Notes under the pieces: generated by a model
The model's database searches: none
Told to the model about the DNA's origin: nothing
What the model saw: the letters and a program-made list of their open reading frames with translations, nothing else
Shown here: positions 51,755 through 62,627 of the stretch, piece after piece
How the letters are laid out: each line of letters opens with the position of its first letter
Numbering within the stretch: position 1 is the stretch's first letter
Position numbers and translations under genes: made by a program
Assembly (NCBI GenBank): GCA_964035545.1
Contig: OZ037768.1
Location: forward strand, 2,884,741-2,948,740
Source of the DNA: Bugula neritina
Lineage: Eukaryota; Animalia; Bryozoa
DNA: 64,000 nt
Direction of reading: 5' to 3'

Positions 51755-54700
51755 CTATATATTAGAGTACAGAGTTCTTCCATTGAGCAGAGAATCAATC
51801 AGAGCTTTCCACTTGGAGAGGTTCCATGAGGCATCGGCAGCAACGTTTACTCCATTTATGAAGAACCAAGGAGCGCCGGCCACTCCATCTGTAAACAGGA
51901 TATTACACCAGTTAACTGCATCCAGTTGACTACACAACTCTCCTTTCCCTCACGTACTATATGTCACTTCCTGATAGCCCGTGATAAGTACAGTAAACCC
52001 TTCTGTTACTGGAGAAACATTTAATACTGTTGGATCACAACTAGTAACTGCTCCTTAAAACACTACAGAGCCTGACAAATAGGTGGAAAAAAAGAGTATA
52101 ATACACGCATCACCCTGAATATGTCACTGCACGTATTTTACATCTAATCTAGAGTATAATACATTTATTCTACAGTATTCTAAATATTATATTCTACAAT
52201 ATTCTAGATTTATCTCAGAATATTCCACATTTATCCTTTAGTTTTCTTACACAGCTGTACTATTCAATAAATTCACTCTTTTATCTAATCTAAAGTGACA
52301 CCTTTAATAGAACACATTATTTAAACTCTTTCGCCACCTCCACGTAGCATCTATTAGAATTCATAGCATAACTTCATACTTGAGATGTAACCATGGCAAC
52401 AAACACAAACATATACAATTATAATCACTAACGTGAACAGCCATATTTCCATTCAATGCGTGCTCCCAAATCATACTCAGAACTGGTCAGATTCTGTCGG
52501 AATGCTTTTACATCGTAACCATGAACTGAGCTGTAGGAAGCAATCTGCCTACAAAATGGGAAGAAAACTCCAGCATTTATAAACCATGATGAAGGTACAC
52601 AGGCATATAGTATGCATAGTGTCCTGGTGTCTGGCATGAGAAAATAATAACATTTAATAAAAGCAATCAACCAAAACTCATGTCTGTTTAGATTCTCCAC
52701 CCCTGTGAGAACCCCTGATATAAGGGGGGGGGGGGTACGGCCTGTGCCTTTCACCATGCCGGTAACATAGTTTTGTTCTGCACAAGGTCAATTATGACCG
52801 GATGCCCTTCCTAGCATTACCAATGGCCCAGCCAAGATTTGAACCGGTGACCTAGTGCTTGCTAGGCTAGTACTATAACCACTATAACCATGGCTGCTCC
52901 GAAAGTAAAAAGATACAAATATATTCATATTTCAGTGGGCTAGCTATAGTAACACGCAGTCTAAAGGTAGATGCAGCAGACAGAGCTACACAATATTATT
53001 ATTTCTTATCAACCACCTCCCATCACATGACCTGATAACACAAGACACATGACTTCTCTTAGACTACTTAACTATCATTGAGACTACTTGAGAAGAATCA
53101 CTTACATCTGAATTTGAGTCAAGTTGTCTCCCTTAGTTGCCAAATCAGACCACTGGGCTTGTGTAGCGAATAAGGTTTGTGCCCACATAATAACGGACTC
53201 ATCAGCACTGTGACCAGGGATAGGATTGCTATGCACTATTTTAGAACCCTGTTCAATGATGAGAGAAACTCTACACTATTTACATGTATAAATCGCACAT
53301 ATAACATGACACGATACTCAATAATGTATTCATTAAAAAATAATATATAAAATGTTAAACTGTCATTGTCGCAGTTGCCAACTATCTGCGTAATCAAGTT
53401 GACAGAAGGAAGTAGATATGTGCATTGATTTCGAGTTAGTTTCTCTTGCATTCTGAAAACCCTTTCAATGTTTGTAAACTCGAAGATGTAGACTATCTTG
53501 CTTTCAATCAACAGATTTTAAAAATCACACGTTTTCTACACCAAAAGTTTCTTTTAGATAATGTTTTAGATATTATTAGAAACAAGTAAAAATATAACTT
53601 ATATTATAGACATATATACTACCTCCTGACTCTACTGATTCACAGGTTTGAATAAGTTAACCCCAACAAAACATATCTGTAGAGGTGAAATCAACCTCCG
53701 TATCAACTGACAACTACATTAAATTCATTAATAACCTCAAGGTTGTAAATAGAAAGGGAAGTTGGTACCACATTTACTCATCTGTAACTAATATCTTCCA
53801 AAAGTATTTAATGATATCAGCTACAGCATGTAGTTGTAAACATGTTTCTTGGTTGAACTAAGCTTCTACTGCACAAGCTGTAAGTGGTGCATTCAATGGT
53901 TTTGCCCACAAAATGTCATGTCAATTCTATTCTGGCTCAGCATCTCATCAGAAAAAGGCAAAACTAAGCACAAAACAGTGTGATGTAAAAGAAAACTTCG
54001 TCACTTAGAAATGGCAATTGAAATTGCAGTTTAATCAATAAGAATGCCAACAGCTGTCAATGCTGATAAAATTCTTTCTTGAATACTTTTTACTTTCCTT
54101 GATTTTAGAAGTTAAAAATTTTATTGCTAGACTAATAAAAGTAAAATGGGCCATTTTACTTAATTTAGTACACACTGGAAATCTCCAGTTTTTAGCTATT
54201 TTTCACAATTTAGCTGCTATGAACATGGGTTTTTGCCCAAAACTAGTAAAATATCAATAAATACACCTAAATAATCAAAGTTCTTTTTAATTTTGGTAGA
54301 TTTTCCATGTTTTTTCCCTATTTATTTAGTTAATTTAGATTTTGGATTATTACGGTTTTTTCATAACGGTCCATAGAAACTTAGCAAAAATATTAAGTTA
54401 ATTTATATAAGACACCATAAACTATTTCTTACAGAAATCCTTTTTGCTATATTAAATGGGGAAAGTGAAATGGCTTTTGTTTTGTTACAATTTAGTTTCA
54501 CCAAATGAAAGAGATTTCTTGTAATTTATCTAAAAAAACAATAATCAAAACCCAGTCCCAAGTATTTAGTCTAGCACAAACTATCAAATAGACTTACAAT
54601 AGCAGCTAAATGAGCATTTCGGTGGTACGGAAGTGGGAAAATAAAAAGTTTGAGTCGCAATCGGCTCCCGTAACTGTCAGCTACTTGCTTCAGAACGGGA

Positions 54701-54873
54701 AAAGCTGCTTTAGAGTCTGGACAGGCAAGGTCCAGATACGCATCCATATGTATAGCAGCAGAAGATGATGCATTCTTATACACAACACCTAGCGGTCTGG
54801 TAGGTATTGGCACCTGGGCCAGTACGACTGTACTTAGTATTAATACAGTTGCTAAGTGTTGCACAGCAGACAT
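51755..54873 (-). CDS. Secreted DsbA-like / thioredoxin-fold protein, copy B (CPDS); exons 54873-54598, 53248-53106, 52548-52433, 51888-51755
   Basis: Same four-exon structure as copy A; DAYLDLACPDS, FPLPYH, WKYGCSHGVAGAPWFFING. Confidence 0.85.
52690..52900 (-). mobile_element. tRNA-derived SINE, family 2 (duplicated with the arm)
   Basis: Minus strand reads GGTTCAAATCTT..GGCCATTGGTAATGCTAGGAAGGGCATCCGGTCATAATTG. Confidence 0.65.
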
Positions 54874-55376
54874 GTTGCCTGTAAGATAAAGGTACTCATG
54901 TAAATGTATACAAGTCTTTTCAAATATATTGTCATGATCAAAAATAGCTCATTTGATTGAATGAAAACATGAAGACAAATTTAAATGTTGATGGTATTGA
55001 CTATTTGTAAAATAAGTGCTCTTTAGCAAAAAGCTAAACTGATGCATTAGTATGGGAACAACCTGAACCCTGAAGCTAAATATACTTATATTCACAATGA
55101 CATTTACATTAGTATTATTATTATCAATTTTATAACTATATAATGATTACAACAAAATAATATTATTTTATCACTTATTAGTATTAGCTATTAGTATTAG
55201 TAAAATAAATGTAATTCAATGACAATATATTTTATACCTATAGTTATACTAACTTCAATTATTGGTCTAATATTAAAAGTAATACTAATACTAATAGTAA
55301 TAGACAGCAGTAGTACTAAATCTAAGACTAATACTTGCACTTACTATAACTTACTATAACTTACTATGACTACTAC

Positions 55377-55848
55377 TATGCCAATTTGTTGTAAATGTAC
55401 CACTTATGACTATCACTATGTATATATTTATAGTGGTGATCTATGAATGTTACATTGATTTGCACATTCAGAAACTCACTAAAGAACTTGCCATCAAATA
55501 TATAATAGACAATGACCATTTCATCAATAACTTTCTGAGTCAATGCCCTTCTGGAAGATATCGAACCATCAAATATAGAGGGGCATGGAGCAGAGATAGC
55601 TTCTTGCGACATCTTGTAAATACTTTAAATGAGCTTTTATTTAAATAGTCTAACAGAGTTTTGACTTTTTCTCTTAATTTTGTTCATGCCTAGTTATGTT
55701 ATAGTCAGCATTTACACTGAATTTTGCAACGTGTTGTCATGTTTGTGATATGTAATAAATCAATCAATCAATCAACATTCATAGATCACCACTATAAACA
55801 TAGACATAGTGATAGTCATAAGTGGTACATTTACAACAAATTGGCATG
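55377..55848. repeat. ~73-bp-arm inverted repeat split by a LINE fragment
   Basis: 55377-55449 is the near-perfect reverse complement of 55776-55848. Confidence 0.85.
55457..55774 (+). mobile_element. 318-bp 3' fragment of a LINE (L2/Rex1-Babar-like RT C-terminus) with an (ATCA)n tail
   Basis: Encodes ..HFINNFLSQCPSGRYRTIKYRG..RDSFL..LN, resembling the LPSGRRYR..SF..LN end of such RTs. AATAAA is followed by (TCAA)4, and the flanks carry an ACATT TSD. Confidence 0.75.
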
Positions 55849-57323
55849 GAGATAGTTATACTGATACTGAGTTACTGATACTCATGCACTTACGTAATTG
55901 TTAATTTTGTAATATTAACATTATGATTACTATTCCTATAAGAATAAGTATAATAATTATAATACCTATGGCTATTCATATTGGCTATTGTCTATTACTA
56001 TTAGCATTAGTATTACTGTATTACTATTAGTTATTACTCTTAGTCTTACTATTACTAGTACTAGTAGTAGTAATATTAGTTTAAATAATAGCATTTTAAT
56101 CTAGTATTAAGTTATTAGTTATACCTAATCCTATACTTATATTAACTTATAGTTATAGTTATACTTATAGACTATAGCTATAGTACTACTAATATTATAA
56201 TTTATAAGTAATACTAATGTCTAATACTAATTATTGCCAATGGTAATACTAATAGTAATAGTGATAATGTGATTTTAAATTTATCATTATGATTATGATG
56301 ATTATCATTATGTTGATCATGATCATGATGTTCATTTTCAATGCCCATGATTGAATTTGATAGTAATAGTAATACTAATAACTAATAAGTAAAGCAATGT
56401 CAATCTTTAGCTCAATAGTTATTTGATTATCCAAATATTTGGCAGGAAAGCAAAGTCAAGTTTGAACTCAATGGCAACAAGAAATGTAAAGTCACTCTGT
56501 GCAAAGGCAACAAACTGCCATTTTTATATAATCATAAATTTTAAAAAAACCAAAGAAAAGTGTACCTGTATGGGCCCTAAATTAAAGTCGTAAACCGCTT
56601 TACGCCTAACCAATAGCTAAAGTGAGTTAAAATCTTGAACCCATGTACCGCCCACTGAAATGGAATATACCGCCTATTTACTTCACTACAGACTTTATCG
56701 ATCGATAGGTTTTCTTCGGATTGTTTCATTATCTTTAACGGTGTGAATAACCAGTCTATTTAAGCGTGCGCAACAAAAAACGGACATAACACTATCACGT
56801 GGTTATAAACCAGAGGGCGAACCATTGATTCAAGCGGAAATGCCAATGAATGTATCCTAGGTGATAGCTACAATAATAATGGCTCTGAGTGATCACGATG
56901 CAAAAATCTTTATCTTTATTCATATCAATAACAATAATACTTAATAAGTTTTAATTTTATGTATATTTGGTTTAAGTGTTATCTATTAACAATAAATATA
57001 TTACATAGTTGTTTATCTTATGATATATAACACGGAATCAAATGTTTGTGCAGCCATGCACTTGCAGTTACTGTTAGTGCTACGCTCACCCTGACGCATT
57101 TAGTTTTACAGTTACTCATACCCATACTAGTTAGAGTTAAACTAACTATCGTCATTAGAGTTAATTACTAAGTCTAATGATAATAGTTCAATTTTAATTT
57201 TGTTAAATTGTATTCAAACTTATTTCAGTTAAAACCAGTTGTGGATTTTAAAGTTAAACTTAATAATTTATAATTAAAATTCAACTTTCAGAAGGATGAA
57301 ATAACTATAAATATATTTAATAC

Positions 57324-57651
57324 TGAAACATTAAGTATAGTGAGTATATAATTACCTGAGAGTTACTCGAAGTAGGCAGGCATGACATTGAAATATCGAA
57401 AGAACAATAAAGTGGGGTCTGGCCGGCCAGGGGAAATACAAGGACCAAAAGTATAGTACTGATTTATAATTATTTTATCACAAAGTCTATCGGCGTGTTT
57501 ATCTACTGTAGGCTGACATCTTTCATCTCGTAGTATCTCGTTCGTCCTTGACCCAATATGTATTTTAATAAACAAATGCACATGACATTATAACGTAGCA
57601 TCTCGCTAGTCCGTAATTAGTGATAAACAAAAGACATATAATAATATAACA
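57324..57651 (-). repeat. 3' LTR
   Basis: Identical by eye to 61826-62153. Confidence 0.95.
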
Positions 57652-57802
57652 TCTCCCTTCTTAAGCAGGTGACTTCCTTCTATAACATTGTGATTAAGGT
57701 TGCTGAGATTAATAATATGATACGAGTATACATGATTAATATGGATTGGGGATTAACAATGAAACTAAATAACTATGTACAGGGTGGGAAACGGCTAATA
57801 GC

Positions 57803-60800
57803 TTATCCCATGTGGAAGTCCTTGTATTTAGCGGGGAGGACTCCACGGTTGCTTCTGGGTTGACGCTCTGGTGGTGGTGCCGCGTTCCTGAGAGGTGTTG
57901 CAGGCAGGGCAGGCATGTGGGGGGATTCATTAGGAGCATCTCCAACATCAGTATCAGCAGCATCAGCTACACCAAGGGTCTGTGTGTTATCTGGTTTGAG
58001 GTGAACACGATTCCTACGCACTATAGACTGACCGTTGTCAACCAAGTAGGATCTGGGGGAGTCATGCTGTTCGACAATCATTCCTGGCGACCATTCTTTG
58101 TCAGTGCTTGACCTGATTAGTGCAGGAGTCCCAGGTTCCAGATCAGCCAACGGCCGTGCATGGCGGTCATGGTACTTCTTCTGCAAGTTTTGGTTGGCTA
58201 TTAGTTGTTGGCTAGCCTCAATAACAACTGGTTTAAGCGACTCGGCAGTGATTGGCAAATCACTTCTTAGGGCTCTGTTGAACAGAAGCTCAGCTGGACT
58301 GAAAGCACAGCCAGTGATAGGAGATTGCCTGTATCTGAGTAGTGACCTGTATATATCCTCGCTTTCATCCTCACATTTTTTTAGAAAGGCTTTCATCGTT
58401 TGCACATAACGCTCAGCCATTCCATTGGACTTAGGGTAGTGCGGACTAGATGTTACAATGGTGAAGCACCAGCTTGATGCAAAAGTCTGCATGATTCTAC
58501 TGCTGAAAGGCATGTTGTCCGCCAGAATGGACACTGGCACCCCGTGTACAGCAAATATGGATTTCAATGCCAAAACCACGTCTTCAGCAGTCTTTCTCCT
58601 GAGTAATCTCAGCTCGGGGAAGTGAGAGTAACAGTCCACAACTACCAAGTAATCATTATTCTTATAGGACAGTATATTCATAGCCACTTTATTCCATGGT
58701 AGACTTGGCAGCTCATGAGACATTAACGGCTCTTTCTGTTGACGGTTGGAAAACTTAGCGCAGGTGAGGCAACTTGACACTTCATTCCGTATATCAGCAG
58801 ATAGCCCAGGCCAATAGAATGATTTCCTCGCAAGCTCTCTGCATTTCTCAACGCCCAGGTGGCCCATGTGTAGCGACTTTAGAATGTGCTTCCTTTGTGA
58901 CTTCGGAACTATAAGCCGCTCTTCAACGTAAAGAAATCCATCCACATCATAGATGTCAGATCTAACATTCCAGTAGGGTTGGATTTCTGTGGGGGCCTGA
59001 CTCCGTCTACTCCATGACCAACCATCTTGCAGTGCTTTTTTCAGACTGTCCATTGTCGGGTCTTCAGCATATGACTGTCTCATCTCATTCATGGTGCTAT
59101 CATCGGTTTCTAAGGCATGAACCATCACAACTTCACCTTCGAGATCACACTGATCATTTGTAACGCGTTGAAGGTAGGCTCGGGATAGTGTGTCAGCAAT
59201 ATATAAATACTTGCCCGGAACATATGTGAACTCAGCTATCCGGTATCTTTGTAGTCGCAGAAGTAGTCTTTGCAGCCTTGGGGATGCCTTGTGCAACGAC
59301 TTGTTCATTATCGGGATGAGAGGTTTATGATCCGTCTGTATGTGAACAGCACGTCCATAGAGGTAGCTGTGAAAGCGCTCACAGCCGAACACAACTGCTA
59401 GCAGCTCCTTATCTATTTGGGGATAGTTGCACTCAGTCTCAGTTAAGCTGCGTGAAGCGTATGCAACAGGTTTACCTTCCTGTAGTAACACTGCACCAAG
59501 TCCCGACTTTGAAGCGTCAACTTGTAAATGCGCATCCTTGGTAACATCAAAATACTGCAAGACAGGTTCGGACGTAAGCAAGCGTTTAATTACCTGGAAG
59601 CTTTCCATTTGTTCTTTGGACCACACCCACTGACTATCACTCTTCAGTAGCACTCTCAAGGGCTCAGTACAGGCTGACATGTTGGGTATGTAGGCTCTTA
59701 GAAAATTGAGAGTACCAATCAGTCTTTGTACTCCCTCTCGGTCTGTTGGGTCAGGCATGGCCTCAATAGCAGCTATCTTGTCTGGGTCAGGACGCAGACC
59801 ATCTTTCGATACTATATGGCCTAAATAGCGTACCTCCGTCTGATTCAACTGAATCTTCTTGCGATTAAACTTCACATTAGCCTCTTTGGCCTTTACCAAT
59901 AGCTTTCTCAGATTGGCATCATGTTCCTGTTGTGTCTTTCCAGCTACAATGATGTCATCAAAATACACTGAGACACCAGGCAAGTCTCCAAATATTTGCT
60001 CCACCTTCTTCTCAAAGACTTCAGCACTTGAGTGAAGACCAAATGGAAGTCTATCAAAACAGTAGCGACCATATGGGGTGTTGAACGTTGTGAGCAGACT
60101 ACTCTCTTTGGTCAAGGCTACATGCCAGTATCCATGTTTCATGTCCATGATGGTGTAGTATTGCATACCATTGAATCTGAAGGCAATGTCTTCTAATGTG
60201 GGTATCTTGTGATGTTCTCGTCTCACTGCTCTGTTCAGGTCCTTGGGGTCTAGGCATATACGAACCGACCCATCTTTCTTTTCAACGCATACCATACTAC
60301 TCACCCAGTTGGTTGGTACGTCAATCTTAGATATAATTCCAGATGCCTCCATATCATCCAGTTCCTTTTTCACTTTGTCTAACATACTGAGTGGGACACG
60401 TCTTGGATGATGAACCACAGGCTTCACATTCTCGTCAACACATATCTCGTGCTCTCCATCAAGTCTGCCAACGCCTTCAAACACCTCAGGGAACTCCTGA
60501 AGTATCGAGGTTGACAACTGATCAACTCTGCGGATCAGACCAAAAGATTCAGCAGCCTCGAGGCCAAGTATGGGAGGAAGGTCCTCATCAACCACCTCGA
60601 AGTGGACACTCTGGCTATGCTCCTTGTGGTTCACGGTGAGTTGAACTGCACCCACATTCTTGATCTTGGCCTTATTATAGCCGTAAAGGCATACAGAAGT
60701 GGGCTTTAGAGTAGCACCAAGTGACTGAACGGTTCTTAGGTTGATGCAATTTGTTTCAGCTCCAGTATCAATCTTAAACTGAATATCATTGGCCTTTCCT

Positions 60801-61717
60801 TTGTCACTGACCTTCATCGGAAGAATCCAAGATTTCAATTTAGATTCATTAGAAAGAGCACCAACAGCACCTATGAACAAGCTATTCATTTGTTTCGCTG
60901 CAAGAGCTTTGCCTTTGCAGACTTTCTCAAAGTGATTTTTCTTCCCGCAGTTATGACATGTCTCGCCATAAGCAGGACATCTGCCTTTGGCATGTGTATA
61001 TCCACAAAATTTGCAATCTATGTTGTCCTTACGTGTGTTACTTCTGGTTTTATTTTGCGTAGCGCCAGGCTGACTCTGCACAGTGCTGACTGCAGCATCA
61101 TTTATCTCATTGACTGTCTTCATAGTAGTATCACCGGCAGCCATCCTTGACATCTGCTGTTTGGTAATCTCAGCAGCACGGATGTCATCTAAGGCACTCT
61201 CAAGTTTAACGTTTTTGTCACGGAGTAGCCGCTCCTTCAGCTTTCCATCAGTGAGTCCAAACACAATTCTGCAGAGAAGCATTCGGTCTCGCAATTCGCC
61301 AAAATCACATTTTGTAGCTTGAGTTTTTAGACGTTTCACAAAGGTGTCAATGGGCTCTCCATCACTCTGACTGAGAGACCAAAAAACAAACCATTCATAC
61401 AACACGTTACGCCGGGGATTGCAATAGGCTTCAAACTGCTCCAAAACATCAGCCATAACATCCTTGCTTTTACCTGCGGGAAAGTCAAATTGACCATAAA
61501 TCTCAGTAGCTTCCTCACCAGCCTGGTTCAGAAGTATAGCAACTTGACGTCTATTAATACCCACATTCTCAGGAGGAGGCTCTTGGCCACTCTCTTGAGG
61601 CTTCAAAACCAAATCACTTGCAAGCAAATAATTTTCCAAGGCCCTTCTCCACTTCCTCCAATTGTCTGACACATTACCTTCAAATGATAATTCTCCAGGG
61701 GCCTTCAAACCTTCCAT
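57803..61717 (-). CDS. Single-ORF Gag-Pol polyprotein
   Basis: Two CCHC knuckles, protease DTGA, RT YFDD, RNase H DAS..E..TDH, and an HHCC integrase, in Gypsy order. First ATG at 61717. Confidence 0.95.
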   Translation of the reverse strand: MEGLKAPGELSFEGNVSDNWRKWRRALENYLLASDLVLKPQESGQEPPPENVGINRRQVAILLNQAGEEATEIYGQFDFPAGKSKDVMADVLEQFEAYCNPRRNVLYEWFVFWSLSQSDGEPIDTFVKRLKTQATKCDFGELRDRMLLCRIVFGLTDGKLKERLLRDKNVKLESALDDIRAAEITKQQMSRMAAGDTTMKTVNEINDAAVSTVQSQPGATQNKTRSNTRKDNIDCKFCGYTHAKGRCPAYGETCHNCGKKNHFEKVCKGKALAAKQMNSLFIGAVGALSNESKLKSWILPMKVSDKGKANDIQFKIDTGAETNCINLRTVQSLGATLKPTSVCLYGYNKAKIKNVGAVQLTVNHKEHSQSVHFEVVDEDLPPILGLEAAESFGLIRRVDQLSTSILQEFPEVFEGVGRLDGEHEICVDENVKPVVHHPRRVPLSMLDKVKKELDDMEASGIISKIDVPTNWVSSMVCVEKKDGSVRICLDPKDLNRAVRREHHKIPTLEDIAFRFNGMQYYTIMDMKHGYWHVALTKESSLLTTFNTPYGRYCFDRLPFGLHSSAEVFEKKVEQIFGDLPGVSVYFDDIIVAGKTQQEHDANLRKLLVKAKEANVKFNRKKIQLNQTEVRYLGHIVSKDGLRPDPDKIAAIEAMPDPTDREGVQRLIGTLNFLRAYIPNMSACTEPLRVLLKSDSQWVWSKEQMESFQVIKRLLTSEPVLQYFDVTKDAHLQVDASKSGLGAVLLQEGKPVAYASRSLTETECNYPQIDKELLAVVFGCERFHSYLYGRAVHIQTDHKPLIPIMNKSLHKASPRLQRLLLRLQRYRIAEFTYVPGKYLYIADTLSRAYLQRVTNDQCDLEGEVVMVHALETDDSTMNEMRQSYAEDPTMDSLKKALQDGWSWSRRSQAPTEIQPYWNVRSDIYDVDGFLYVEERLIVPKSQRKHILKSLHMGHLGVEKCRELARKSFYWPGLSADIRNEVSSCLTCAKFSNRQQKEPLMSHELPSLPWNKVAMNILSYKNNDYLVVVDCYSHFPELRLLRRKTAEDVVLALKSIFAVHGVPVSILADNMPFSSRIMQTFASSWCFTIVTSSPHYPKSNGMAERYVQTMKAFLKKCEDESEDIYRSLLRYRQSPITGCAFSPAELLFNRALRSDLPITAESLKPVVIEASQQLIANQNLQKKYHDRHARPLADLEPGTPALIRSSTDKEWSPGMIVEQHDSPRSYLVDNGQSIVRRNRVHLKPDNTQTLGVADAADTDVGDAPNESPHMPALPATPLRNAAPPPERQPRSNRGVLPAKYKDFHMG

Positions 61718-61825
61718 GACAGCTCCAAGGCAGACCAACACAGTCCACAACAACAAACAACTAAAAGCTAAACAATCACCACTCCAGTGGCAAAGTAGGG
61801 TGCGAGTACGATCTAGCTGCCACCA

Positions 61826-62153
61826 TGAAACATTAAGTATAGTGAGTATATAATTACCTGAGAGTTACTCGAAGTAGGCAGGCATGACATTGAAATATCG
61901 AAAGAACAATAAAGTGGGGTCTGGCCGGCCAGGGGAAATACAAGGACCAAAAGTATAGTACTGATTTATAATTATTTTATCACAAAGTCTATCGGCGTGT
62001 TTATCTACTGTAGGCTGACATCTTTCATCTCGTAGTATCTCGTTCGTCCTTGACCCAATATGTATTTTAATAAACAAATGCACATGACATTATAACGTAG
62101 CATCTCGCTAGTCCGTAATTAGTGATAAACAAAAGACATATAATAATATAACA
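61826..62153 (-). repeat. 5' LTR
   Basis: Identical by eye to 57324-57651; followed on the minus strand by the PBS. Confidence 0.95.
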
Positions 62154-62627
62154 AATACTCTATGTTATTTGATGATTATTATTATCATTATAATTATGAT
62201 ACTGCTTTAAAAATACACCCAATTGTATTTGTTATGTATGCTTAAAAATTAAAGCAATAAAAACTTTTGCCAAACATCTTTAACCTTTTGTGATTTGGAT
62301 AGCAAAAAATTACAGTTAGTATAATACTAAAACTTACTGATAATATTATTAAATTGTTGTTTGTACATTAAAATAAACCAAAAATGTAAATTATATAGTT
62401 AATAAGAATGCAAGCAAATTAGTATTTTTAATCAATTTCTGTAAATTAGATTAAATTTCTAATTGACTTAAAATTGAACTGAAATTGTAACAGAATTTTA
62501 TTCAAAACGAAATCAGATAACATTCAAAATGATTATGGCTTTTACAGCACTACTTTAAGTACAAAACTTAAAGCCTAATCATTTTGAATATCTCTTTTAT
62601 TTCAGTATATACAACACACACTTGAAT

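Larger units (their letters stand above)
50903..55452 (-). repeat. Right arm of the inverted segmental duplication
   Basis: Reverse complement of ~40500-45787. Confidence 0.9.
57324..62153 (-). mobile_element. Full-length Ty3/Gypsy LTR retrotransposon (Mag-like)
   Basis: 328-bp TG..CA LTRs at 57324-57651 and 61826-62153; 5-bp TSD AATAC; PBS TGGTGGCAGC (tRNA-Leu-like) next to the 5' LTR; polypurine tract AAGAAGGGAGA next to the 3' LTR. Confidence 0.97.

Noticed and set aside
40471-55452. Assembly artefact (haplotype duplication) or giant transposon TIRs
   Set aside because: The arms are substantially diverged, carry independent insertions and contain spliced host genes. No terminal TIR/TSD signature is present.
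55406-55648. Novel 80-aa gene
   Set aside because: It is a chance in-frame join of a palindrome arm with the LINE RT C-terminal fragment.
56560-57110. Possible DNA-transposon remnant or ncRNA in a slightly GC-richer patch
   Set aside because: I could not find TIRs, a TSD, a second copy or a recognisable structure.
57363-57581. Duplicated 72-aa ORF (also 61865-62083)
   Set aside because: It lies within the identical LTRs and has no recognisable motif.
58098-61518. Short ORFs overlapping gag-pol
   Set aside because: They are antisense or alternative-frame shadows of the long retrotransposon ORF.
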